Shown in pieces: positions 44,953 to 53,742 of a stretch of 64,000 bases of DNA. Origin of the DNA: Candidatus Eiseniibacteriota bacterium (GTDB lineage: Bacteria; Eisenbacteria; RBG-16-71-46; CAVPCR01). Location of the stretch: assembly GCA_963823555.1 (NCBI GenBank), contig CAWGMA010000001.1, positions 2,144,001-2,208,000 of the forward strand, written 5' to 3'. Made by a program: the position numbers and the translations under genes. The notes under the pieces are model-generated. The model saw only the letters and a list, made by a program, of their open reading frames with translations, was not told the DNA's origin and did no database searches. Within the stretch, counting starts at the first letter, position 1; every line of letters begins with the position of its first letter.

Positions 44953-46954
44953 ATGGAACGGAACGGCGACCAGTCAACACCCCCGCTGCACGTGGCTCTG
45001 CTCGGAGACCCGGCGCAGATGCTCGATGTCTTCGACGGCGCGGCCCGCGAGATCATCGAGGTCGGGAAGCCGGAGGGCTACTTCGATGGCTGGGCGCCGG
45101 ATGAATCTGAGCTGGCCACCGAGTCGGGACGAGACCGGCCCCATCAGCCTCGACGGGCTCTTGAAGCAGGCGCGCATCGTCCATGCGATCTACTCCGGGG
45201 TTCCGCGCCGCCGCGAGACCCGGCTCGCCGACGCGCACGCCCAGTTCGTCAAGGCCACCCCCGGCTATCATGCCGCCTCGCGCCTCTACCTCGAGATCGA
45301 GAAGCTCTATGTCGAACGCGGCGCCGGCACCGCCCTCGATTTCCTCCATCTCTATCAGGAGCTCTATCTCGATGCCCTGGCCCGAGCCGGCCTCTACACT
45401 CCCGACGAGGGTGAAGCAGCCCTCGAGCGCGCCCGGATCACGCGCGCACCGCTCGCTCACGCGCAGGCGAGTGCGGAGGCGCTGGCCGTCGCCGCCGCAG
45501 CCGGCGATCCCCGCCTCGATCAGACCTATGCGGCCGGCGATCCGGCACGTGAAGCGCCGCTGCGCGAGCACCTGCAACAGGTCGCCCAGGGTACGATCGA
45601 AGCCATCGCCGCCGGAGATCTGCTCGCCACGCGTTACAACACCTATACCAATCTGGCCTGGTTCGGATGCTCGGCCTGGAAGACCATCCTCGACGTGCAG
45701 ATCCTGCTCCGCCGGATCGCGGGTTCCCCCCTCGCCCGGCGCGCCGATGCCAAGGAGACCGCCGGACTGGAAGGCGACATCCGCCGCGCCCAGGGGATGT
45801 TGATCGAGTTCTTCGCCGCTCATCGCGAGGATCCCGCGCGCATCAAGCCGGCGAGCTACTGGTACGGTCATCGTTACAGCTACTTGACACGCGACATGAT
45901 CGATGCCTGCCGTGCCCTCGTTGCCCGTGCCAACCGTCTGGTGCGCGAGCTGGTACGCATGGCAGTGCCGGGAGGCGAGGAGATCGCCGAGATCGCCCTT
46001 CCACCGCTCCTCGCCGGGCGCCTGAGCGGACGCTATCTCGAGTATCCCCACGTCGGACCCCAGCGCCGGTTCTCGACCTGGCAGCGCGTCACTCGCCTCG
46101 GGCGCTGGATCGGGCCGTCGCTGGCCAACGGCCGCAGGAAGCGGGCCCTGGGCAGCTCTCCCCTCTCCCCGCCCGAACGCCGGCGCATCATCTGGCGCGA
46201 GAACGTGCGCTGGGCCGAAACCACACTCCGCACTTTCGGCATCGAGGTTCGGGTCACCATCGATCCCGAGTTCCACTCGATCGCGCGCGCCCTGGATCTG
46301 GGCAACAGGAAGCGAAAGATCCTCTTCCTGCCCACACACCAGGGCCTGCTTGATCATCCCATCATGTACCGGGCGCTGGCCTCGCCCGAACTCGTGGCGG
46401 CCATGGGCTGGGCCGAACCGGCGCCCTGCGCCATGTTCGCGCGAGCAGGCCTCGGCATGGCCGGGCTACGCATCGGCAAGTGGTCGACCACCATGTTCGG
46501 GGTCTCGGCCCGGGAGTTCGATCACCTGCTCGAGACCGTCGATGGATATGTGATCGCCGACCGCACCGGGGACGCGCGCAACGCGATCCAGCGCTTCGCC
46601 AAGGTGCTGGAGGATCGTCCCGGAGTCCTCTATCCGGCGCTCACCACCGCCGCCTTCGACATCCAGTCGCCACCTCTTCAGCACATTCTCTTCGCTCTCC
46701 TACCCCAGGATGTCGTCATCATCCCGGCCGCCATCCGCGGCAGCCACGGGCTCTGGCCCAAGTCTCCGAAGGGAAATCTCCACCTGAATCCCGGGCTTGC
46801 CGAGGTGGTGTTCGCGCCTCCCATGCTCGGCGAGACGACGCTCCTGCCCCGCCGGCGGTCGCTTCGCATCCAGATCGAGGCCGCCGCGCTCTTCCAGGCC
46901 GTGCACTTGCACTACCTTCTGAATCCCGAACCAGCGGCTGCGCAAGCCGGCTAG
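44953..46954 (+). CDS. Protein with C-terminal PlsC/LPLAT acyltransferase domain and unknown helical N-terminal domain; probable frameshift near 45130
   Basis: LFLPTHQGLLDH (HxxxxD) and VIIPAAIRGS..LWPK in ORF 45026..46954. The N-terminal about 60 codons are most protein-like in the frame starting at 44953. Confidence 0.65.
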
Positions 46955-46958
46955 ACGG

Positions 46959-47672
46959 ATGGAGACCTCACATTCGAAGCTTCTCCCGCCCGCCGCATTC
47001 TTCGATGTGGACGGCACCCTCATGTCCACGAACATCACGATGTACTACGTCCATGTCGCCACCCGTGGCTACTCACCGCTGCGCCGCCTCCTGTGGACCC
47101 TCGGTGTGGGCCCCAAGGCCCTCTACTACCTGCTCCTCGACAAGATGAGCCGCGGCGCCTTCAACCGCGTCTTCTATCGCAACTACCGCGGCCTCGATGC
47201 GGCCCACGTGCGGTCTCTCGCCGACGAGATCTTTGCCGCCGTCATGCGTCCGCGACTCTATCCCGGCGCCCTCGAGGCCATCGCCGAGCACAGGGCGCGC
47301 GGCGAACGGGTGGTGCTGGTCACTGGATCGGTCGATTTCCTGATGTGGCCCCTTGCCCGATTCCTGGACATCGATCCCAGCGATGTGATCGCCGTCGAGC
47401 TCGGCGAAGAGAACGGACGGTTCACCGGTGAGCTCACCGGGCCGCCGCTGGCCGCGGAGGAGAAGGCCCGTGCCGCGCGCGAGCATGCCGCGCGGCACGG
47501 CATCGACCTTGCCGCGTCCTCCGCCTATGGGGACTCGGGAGCGGACATCCCGCTCCTCGAGGCCGTCGGGCACGCGGTCGTCGTCAATCCGACACAGAAG
47601 CTCGAGCAGCTCGCCCGCGAGCGCGACTGGCGCGTTGTGACCTGGTCGCCGGCAGCGGGTGACAGGACATGA
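46959..47672 (+). CDS. HAD-IB family hydrolase (phosphatase)
   Basis: AFFDVDGTL, LVTGS, FTG, EKA and AYGDS..D.PLL.AVG....VNP. Confidence 0.9.
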   Translation: METSHSKLLPPAAFFDVDGTLMSTNITMYYVHVATRGYSPLRRLLWTLGVGPKALYYLLLDKMSRGAFNRVFYRNYRGLDAAHVRSLADEIFAAVMRPRLYPGALEAIAEHRARGERVVLVTGSVDFLMWPLARFLDIDPSDVIAVELGEENGRFTGELTGPPLAAEEKARAAREHAARHGIDLAASSAYGDSGADIPLLEAVGHAVVVNPTQKLEQLARERDWRVVTWSPAAGDRT

Positions 47673-49738
47673 TGAGGCGCGAACGGCGCGGCGTCCGGAT
47701 CGCCCTGGCCGTCGCCGGTGTGCTCTTCGCCCTCGTCATCACCTTCGCCACCACGACCCACCGCCTCCGCTATCTCTCCCGCGTGAATGCGCTCGGGGCC
47801 GGGAGTCTGCCCGCATCGAGCTTGACCTTGCCGGTACGTCCCATCCTGCCCGCTCCCTACCTCGACGGCTATGCCTGGGTCACTCTCGCCCGCCACATGG
47901 CGGAGTCGGGGCGCACGCGCATCCACTGGACGGACGATGACAATGCTCCGGACGGACGCCGCGTCGACTGGAGCTCGCTCTACGCGTGGTGGCTCCTCGC
48001 GCTCGGCGCCGCAACCGGGCAAGGGGACCTGCTGGCGGTCGCGCGGGCCGCGCCGCTGGCGGGACCGGTGCTTCTCGCCGTCCTCTTGCCGCTCCTGGCC
48101 TGGTTCGCCTACCGGGGGTCGGGTGCGGCGGGCGCGCTCGTCATCGCGCTCTCCCTCGCCGGCGCCTTTCCGCTCGCCGAGAGCTTCTTCGCCGGCAACG
48201 TCGATCATCACGGGCTCGTGGTCGCTGCCGTCATGGCGACGGGGCTCGCCCTCGCCGCCGCCGGCGGCGGCTGGATCGGCGGCGGAGACGCGACCCGGCG
48301 CACGGCCCGCCGCTGGATGATCGTCTCCGGAGTGGCCGCGGCGGTCGGGCTCTGGGTGAGCGCGGTCACGCTCGCCGTGGTGCTCGCCGGCATCGGGCTC
48401 GGTGCCCTGGCGAGCGCCCTTCTCGCGCGCTCGCCGCAAGCCGCACTCGAAACATCGATCACACCGTGGCCAGAGGCCTGGCGGGTATGGGGCTGGTCGG
48501 GGGCGATGGCGAGTCTCGCCTTCTATCTCATCGAGTACTTCCCGGGCGACCTCGGCATGCATCTCGAGGTCAACCATCCGCTCTACGCTCTCGCCTTCGC
48601 CGGCGGCGGCGAACTCCTGACGGGCTGGTGGCGCTGGGTCCGCGACAGGCGGCTCACCGGCGGCGATCTCTTTCGGACTTCAGCCGGGGCCATCGCGGTC
48701 TCGTTGTTGCCTGTGGCCATCATCGTTGCCGGGCCTTCCTGGTACGCGCTCCGCGATCCCTTTCTCTGGAGCCTGCATCAAGACATCGAGGAGTTCCGTC
48801 CCCTCATCACGCTCTTCGCAGAGGCCAGGACGGGAGTGCTGTTCGCCGCGCTGAGCCCGCTCCCGCTCGTCCTCTTCGCGGCGGTGCTCTTGTTCCGGGG
48901 CGGGCATCCCGGCGCCCATGGCGATCAGGCAGCGAGCGACAAGCTCGACCCGCCGGCCGGCGATCCGGTACGAGCGCGGGCCCAGCTCACCCTCGGCCTC
49001 GGCCCGGCTCTCCTTCTCGGCGTCCTCGCCCTGTGGCAACTCCGATGGGTGGGGATCTGGCTCGCAGCACTCGCCGTCCTCGGCTCGGTGGTGGCGGGCG
49101 AGCTCGCGCCCTGGTCGGGTCGCCGCCGCGCCCCGACCAGAGCCCGGACCCGCGCGGCGATCGCTCTCGCCGTGCCCCTGGTCCTCCTCGTCGCCGGGGC
49201 CTTCGATATCGTATCGAGCGCGAGCGCTCAGGCTCGGGGGCGCGCCTTCGTTCCCGACGATATCGTCTCCGCCCTGCTCCGCGACATGGCGCTCGTGATC
49301 GCCCCAGCGCCGGATGCCCAGGGAGGAGATACGGACCACGGCCGGCCCATCGTGCTCGCCAGCCCGGATGCCACGGTCGCCCTGACCTACTTCGCCGATC
49401 TGCGCGGAATCGGCACCCTGTACTGGGAGAACCTGCCCGGTCTTCGTTCGAGCGCCGAGATGTTCGCGACCTCGAGCGCCGATAGCGCGCGCGCCTTGCT
49501 CGCCTCGCGACAGGTCACGCATGTCGTCCTCCTCTCGGAACGCAGCTTCATCGGGACCTACTACCGCCTGATCCACGGCCGCCTCGATGTCGATGCGGCG
49601 CGCAGCACCCTGTTCGGCCGGATCCTGTTCGCCGGCGAGGCGCCGCCCCCCTGGCTTCGCCCCATCCCCTACCGGCTCCCCATCGATCGTCTCGGCGACC
49701 GGCCGCTCCGCGCCGTTCTCCTCGAGGTCACGCCGTGA
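47669..49738 (+). CDS. Polytopic membrane protein, STT3/AglB-like GT-C glycosyltransferase
   Basis: Many TM helices, with LDGY (47864), P.GR...W, G.VDHH (48203), IEEFRP (about 48785) and PIVLA-SPDAT...TY at the usual WWDYG position. Confidence 0.6.
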   Translation: MMRRERRGVRIALAVAGVLFALVITFATTTHRLRYLSRVNALGAGSLPASSLTLPVRPILPAPYLDGYAWVTLARHMAESGRTRIHWTDDDNAPDGRRVDWSSLYAWWLLALGAATGQGDLLAVARAAPLAGPVLLAVLLPLLAWFAYRGSGAAGALVIALSLAGAFPLAESFFAGNVDHHGLVVAAVMATGLALAAAGGGWIGGGDATRRTARRWMIVSGVAAAVGLWVSAVTLAVVLAGIGLGALASALLARSPQAALETSITPWPEAWRVWGWSGAMASLAFYLIEYFPGDLGMHLEVNHPLYALAFAGGGELLTGWWRWVRDRRLTGGDLFRTSAGAIAVSLLPVAIIVAGPSWYALRDPFLWSLHQDIEEFRPLITLFAEARTGVLFAALSPLPLVLFAAVLLFRGGHPGAHGDQAASDKLDPPAGDPVRARAQLTLGLGPALLLGVLALWQLRWVGIWLAALAVLGSVVAGELAPWSGRRRAPTRARTRAAIALAVPLVLLVAGAFDIVSSASAQARGRAFVPDDIVSALLRDMALVIAPAPDAQGGDTDHGRPIVLASPDATVALTYFADLRGIGTLYWENLPGLRSSAEMFATSSADSARALLASRQVTHVVLLSERSFIGTYYRLIHGRLDVDAARSTLFGRILFAGEAPPPWLRPIPYRLPIDRLGDRPLRAVLLEVTP

Positions 49739-49805
49739 TACGGTGGCCGGTAAGGTCCTTCCCGCCCCCGCTCTCCGCGCTCCCCTTAAGCTCCGCGCGG
49801 CGTTG

Positions 49806-49820
49806 TGCTAGCGTGCGCCC
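49806..49820 (+). promoter_or_regulatory. Putative extended -10 promoter for a leaderless transcript
   Basis: TG-c-TAGCGT at 49806-49814, then 6 nt, then ATG 49821. No Shine-Dalgarno; same geometry as at 6017. Confidence 0.4.
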
Positions 49821-51044
49821 ATGAAGGCGATCCAGTACCGGCGAAGCGTGCCGCGCTACCTCCTCGTGCGAGCGATCGCCGGGCACTGGTCCCCGATCGC
49901 CACCGGCCCGCTCGCCATGATCGGCCTGCGCGAGCTCGAGGAGCCTCGTCTCATCACCGATTCGTGGGTGCGCATCCGCACGCGCCTCTGCGGCATCTGC
50001 GGCTCGGATCTGGCCACGATCCTCGCGCAAGGAAGCCCCTACTTCTCGGCCCTCACGTCGTTCCCATTCGTCCTCGGGCACGAGATCGTGGGCACCATCG
50101 ACGAGTTGGGCCCCGCCGTCACCGGACTCGCGCCGGGCGATCGCGTCACCATCGAGCCGGTCCTCGGCTGCACCGCGCGCGGCATCGCCGAGACCTGCCC
50201 GCAATGCCAGGCCGGAAACTTCGGAAACTGCGAGTACACGACACGCGGCTCGCTCGCTCCCGGCATCCAGACCGGCTTCTGTCGTGACACGGGCGGCGGT
50301 TTCAGCCCGCTCTTTCTCGCTCACTCGAGCCAGGTGCACCGCGTGCCCGACGCGCTCGACGACGATGCCGCGGTCCTGATCGAACCCTTCAGCTGCGCGC
50401 TACACGCGGCACTCAAGCCGGAGCTGTCCGCGGACGCCACGGCGCTCGTGCTCGGCGCGGGAACGATGGGCCTGCTGACGATCGCCGCACTCCGCGCCGC
50501 TGGCCGCCGCGCCCGGCTGATCGCCGTCGCCAAGTACCGCCATCAGGCCGAGCTCGCCGGCGAGCTCGGTGCCGATCTCGTGATCCGGAGCGGCCGCGAT
50601 CTCTACCGCGAGGTCTGCCGCGCCACCGGGGCCGAGATCCACCGGCCCGCGCTCGGGAAACCGGTCCTCTCGGGAGGCGCCGACGTCACCTTCGATTGCA
50701 TCGGGAACTCGGGCACGATCGACGATGCGCTGCGCTTCACGCGGGCTCATGGCACGGTCATCCTCGTCGGCATGCCCGCGGTGCCACGCCAGGTCGATTG
50801 GACCTCGATCTGGTACAAGGAGCTCGCGGTCGTCGGTGCCTACACGCAAGGCACCGAGACACTCGACGGCCGGCGCATGCGTACGTTCCCGCTGGCCATG
50901 GAGCTCATGCGGGCGCGGGGCGCCGTGCTGGCGCCGCTCGTGAGCGCGCGTTTCCCGCTCCAGGACTTTCGCCAGGCCTTCGCCCACGCGGCGGCGAGCG
51001 GGCGCCTCGGTGCCGTCAAGACCGTCTTCGCATTTCCCGGATAG
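49821..51044 (+). CDS. Zinc-dependent alcohol dehydrogenase (MDR family)
   Basis: CGICGSD, GHE, structural Zn C......CPQC......C, EPFSCALHA and GAGTMG. Confidence 0.9.
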   Translation: MKAIQYRRSVPRYLLVRAIAGHWSPIATGPLAMIGLRELEEPRLITDSWVRIRTRLCGICGSDLATILAQGSPYFSALTSFPFVLGHEIVGTIDELGPAVTGLAPGDRVTIEPVLGCTARGIAETCPQCQAGNFGNCEYTTRGSLAPGIQTGFCRDTGGGFSPLFLAHSSQVHRVPDALDDDAAVLIEPFSCALHAALKPELSADATALVLGAGTMGLLTIAALRAAGRRARLIAVAKYRHQAELAGELGADLVIRSGRDLYREVCRATGAEIHRPALGKPVLSGGADVTFDCIGNSGTIDDALRFTRAHGTVILVGMPAVPRQVDWTSIWYKELAVVGAYTQGTETLDGRRMRTFPLAMELMRARGAVLAPLVSARFPLQDFRQAFAHAAASGRLGAVKTVFAFPG

Positions 51045-51092
51045 CCGGGCGCAGAGATCCGCGATCAGTCACCGGGAGGAAGAGGAGGAGAG

Positions 51093-52640
51093 ATGAAGTA
51101 CCTGACCTACTCGGGAAACAGCTTGGTCGAGGCGGAGCTCCCGGAGAGCGCCCACGTGTACTTCCCGCCGCCGCCGATTCCCGGGATCAAGCGCCCCGAC
51201 CTGCCGGCAGCGCTCCGCCGCACGGTCGAGAACCCGCTCGGCATGCCGCCGCTCCGCGAGCTGGTGGGCCCCACGGCCAAGGTCCTCATCCTCTTCGATG
51301 ACAACTGCCAGCCGTTCCCACCCATGCAACGGCCCGACATCCGCGAGACCCTGATCACAGAACTCCTCGCGATCCTGGGCGAGCACGGTGTCCGGCGGGA
51401 GAACGTCACGCTCATGTGCGCCGTCGCGCTCCATCGCAAGATGAAAGAGAGCGAGCTCACGCACATGCTCGGCGAGCGGCTGATGCGGGAGTTCCACCCC
51501 ACCCGCTGCCGGAACTTCGACGCCGAGGATCCCGACGCGATCGTCTACCTCGGCGACACCGAGAAGGGAGAGCCGGTCGAAACCGACCGCGCCGTCATCG
51601 ACTCCGACCTCGTCATCTATGTGGACACGGTCCAGATCCCGCTCAACGGCGGCCACAAGTCGGTGGCGGTCGGGCTCGGCACCTATCGCTCGATCGCGAG
51701 CCACCACGCCCCGCAGATGACCCTGGAGAGCCCCCATGTCATGCAACCCGACGGCTCGCACATGCATGAGCTCATCGAGCGACTGAGCCACGTGATCCTG
51801 AAACACGCGCGGATCATGGTGATCGAGGCGGCGATGAACGGGGCCACCTATCCGCCGGCGCTCGCCCATCTCGGCAAACCGCGCTCGCAGATGTCCGATC
51901 TCGAGCGGGCGCTCAACACGGCAACCCCCGTCGCCATGGGGCTCCTCCCCGAGCCGGCGCGCTGCGCCATTCTCCGCGGCATGCGCTCGGTGTACGAGCC
52001 GATCGAGATCCACGCCGGCGCGATCGACGCCGTGCACCCCCTGACCCTGGCCGCGCTCGACCGCCAGCTCCGGGTCCAGATGCCGCAGCAGTACGACACG
52101 CTGGTGTTCGGCCTCCCGGATCTGAGCCCCTACTCGGTCGGCGCGCGGGTGAACCCGGTGCTCGTGGTGAGCGATGTCCTCGGCTACGTCTTCAACTGGT
52201 TCTACAACAAGCCGTACGTCAAGCCCGGCGGCGCGGTCATCATCCTGAACCCGGTCTTCGAGATCTTCCATCCCGAGTATCACGTCGCCTATCGCCGCTT
52301 CTACGACGACGTGCTACTCGCGACCAAGGATCCGCTCGAGATGCAAGCGACGTTCCAGGAGAGGTTCGCCAAGGATCCGGTGCTCGTGGATTGCTACCGG
52401 AACCGCTTCGCCCATCACGGCTTCCATCCCTTCACGGTGTGGTACTGGGCGACCTATCCGCTCCGGTACCTGTCCAAGGTGATCCTGGTGGGGCCGCCGG
52501 ATGACCGGCAGGCGAAGCGGCTCGGGGTGTCGTGGGCGAAGAGCCTCGCCGATGCGCTGGCGATGGCGCGCGAGGCGACCGGTGGGAACGACGTCGTGGG
52601 GCTCACCATTCCGCCGTTCCTCTATGCGGAGGTGGCGTGA
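51093..52640 (+). CDS. Lactate racemase (LarA/DUF2088) domain protein
   Basis: NPLGMPPL.ELV, ILFDD, ALHRKM, GGHKS..VG and FHP motifs. AGGAGG RBS. Confidence 0.75.
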   Translation: MKYLTYSGNSLVEAELPESAHVYFPPPPIPGIKRPDLPAALRRTVENPLGMPPLRELVGPTAKVLILFDDNCQPFPPMQRPDIRETLITELLAILGEHGVRRENVTLMCAVALHRKMKESELTHMLGERLMREFHPTRCRNFDAEDPDAIVYLGDTEKGEPVETDRAVIDSDLVIYVDTVQIPLNGGHKSVAVGLGTYRSIASHHAPQMTLESPHVMQPDGSHMHELIERLSHVILKHARIMVIEAAMNGATYPPALAHLGKPRSQMSDLERALNTATPVAMGLLPEPARCAILRGMRSVYEPIEIHAGAIDAVHPLTLAALDRQLRVQMPQQYDTLVFGLPDLSPYSVGARVNPVLVVSDVLGYVFNWFYNKPYVKPGGAVIILNPVFEIFHPEYHVAYRRFYDDVLLATKDPLEMQATFQERFAKDPVLVDCYRNRFAHHGFHPFTVWYWATYPLRYLSKVILVGPPDDRQAKRLGVSWAKSLADALAMAREATGGNDVVGLTIPPFLYAEVA

Positions 52641-53548
52641 GCACGAGCGGGGCCATGAACGCCGGGGGCGAGACCCTGGTCATCGCCAACCCGGTTTCGG
52701 GAGGCGGTCGCGGGCACACGCTCGGCGACCAGGCGGCGGCCCTCATGCGGGAACGCGGGATCGCCGCGCGGCTCGAGTTCACGACCGGCCCCGGCGAGGC
52801 GGAGCGGATCGCGCGCCAGGCGCTCGCCGCCGGGGGCAGGCGTTTCGCCGTCGTGGGCGGGGACGGCACGGTGCATGAGGTGGCGAACGCGCTCGCCGGA
52901 TCGGAGGCGGCGCTCGGCCTCCTCCCCTGCGGGCGCGGCAACGATCTGGCGCGGGTCCTCGGGGTGCCGGGCGAGGTCGAGCGCGCGGTTGGGATCGTCG
53001 TTTCTGGGCGTCAGCGGCGGATCGATCTCGGGCGCGTCGGCGGGCGGCATTTCGCCACCGTCGCCTCGATGGGGTTCGACTCCGAAGCAGCCGAGCTCGT
53101 GCACTCGGGGGCCGCTCCCCTGGGCGGAACGGCAGGCTACATCTATGCGGTGCTCCGCACCCTCGCGAGCTACAAGAGCCCGACGGTGACGATCCGCGGC
53201 GACTTCGGCGAGTTCACGGGCGAGGTGCTCCTCGCCGCGACCGGCAACACCTCAACCTACGGCGCCGGCATGAAGATCGCGCCGCGCGCAGTCTGCGATG
53301 ATGGATTGCTCGATGTATGCATCGTGCGGGCGCTCCACCCGCTCACCGTGCTCCGCTACTTCCCGCGCATCTTCGCCGGGACGCACGAGGATCTGCCGTT
53401 CGTGGCGATGCACCGCACGCGCCGGGTCGCGATCGAGACCTCGCGCCCGATCTGGATCTACGCCGATGGGGAGCCGATCTGCCGCACCCCAGCGGCGATC
53501 GAGGTCGTGGCAGGGGCCCTCACGGTGCTGTGTCCGGCGGGGGGGTAG
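52637..53548 (+). CDS. Diacylglycerol kinase family lipid kinase (YegS/DgkB-like)
   Basis: IANPVSGGG, GGDGTVHEVAN, P.G.GNDLAR, GFDS, YG.GM.IAP.A..DDG.LD and ADGE. GTG start overlaps the upstream stop. Confidence 0.92.
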   Translation: MSTSGAMNAGGETLVIANPVSGGGRGHTLGDQAAALMRERGIAARLEFTTGPGEAERIARQALAAGGRRFAVVGGDGTVHEVANALAGSEAALGLLPCGRGNDLARVLGVPGEVERAVGIVVSGRQRRIDLGRVGGRHFATVASMGFDSEAAELVHSGAAPLGGTAGYIYAVLRTLASYKSPTVTIRGDFGEFTGEVLLAATGNTSTYGAGMKIAPRAVCDDGLLDVCIVRALHPLTVLRYFPRIFAGTHEDLPFVAMHRTRRVAIETSRPIWIYADGEPICRTPAAIEVVAGALTVLCPAGG

Positions 53549-53742
53549 TCGACGCGCCGCCCCTCCTCTCGATCTCCAGGAATAGCGCAGAGGGCCACAC
53601 GACCCGAGCGTGGCCACCGGGTCTTCCTTCACCCCGGCCGGGACCCTGCTAGAATGGTCGCGGGCGGGATGCCGCGACCGGCTGTCCCGAGCCGCCATCC
53701 AACATGGCAACGGCCTGGGCGGCTCCCCCGGAGGAATGCACG

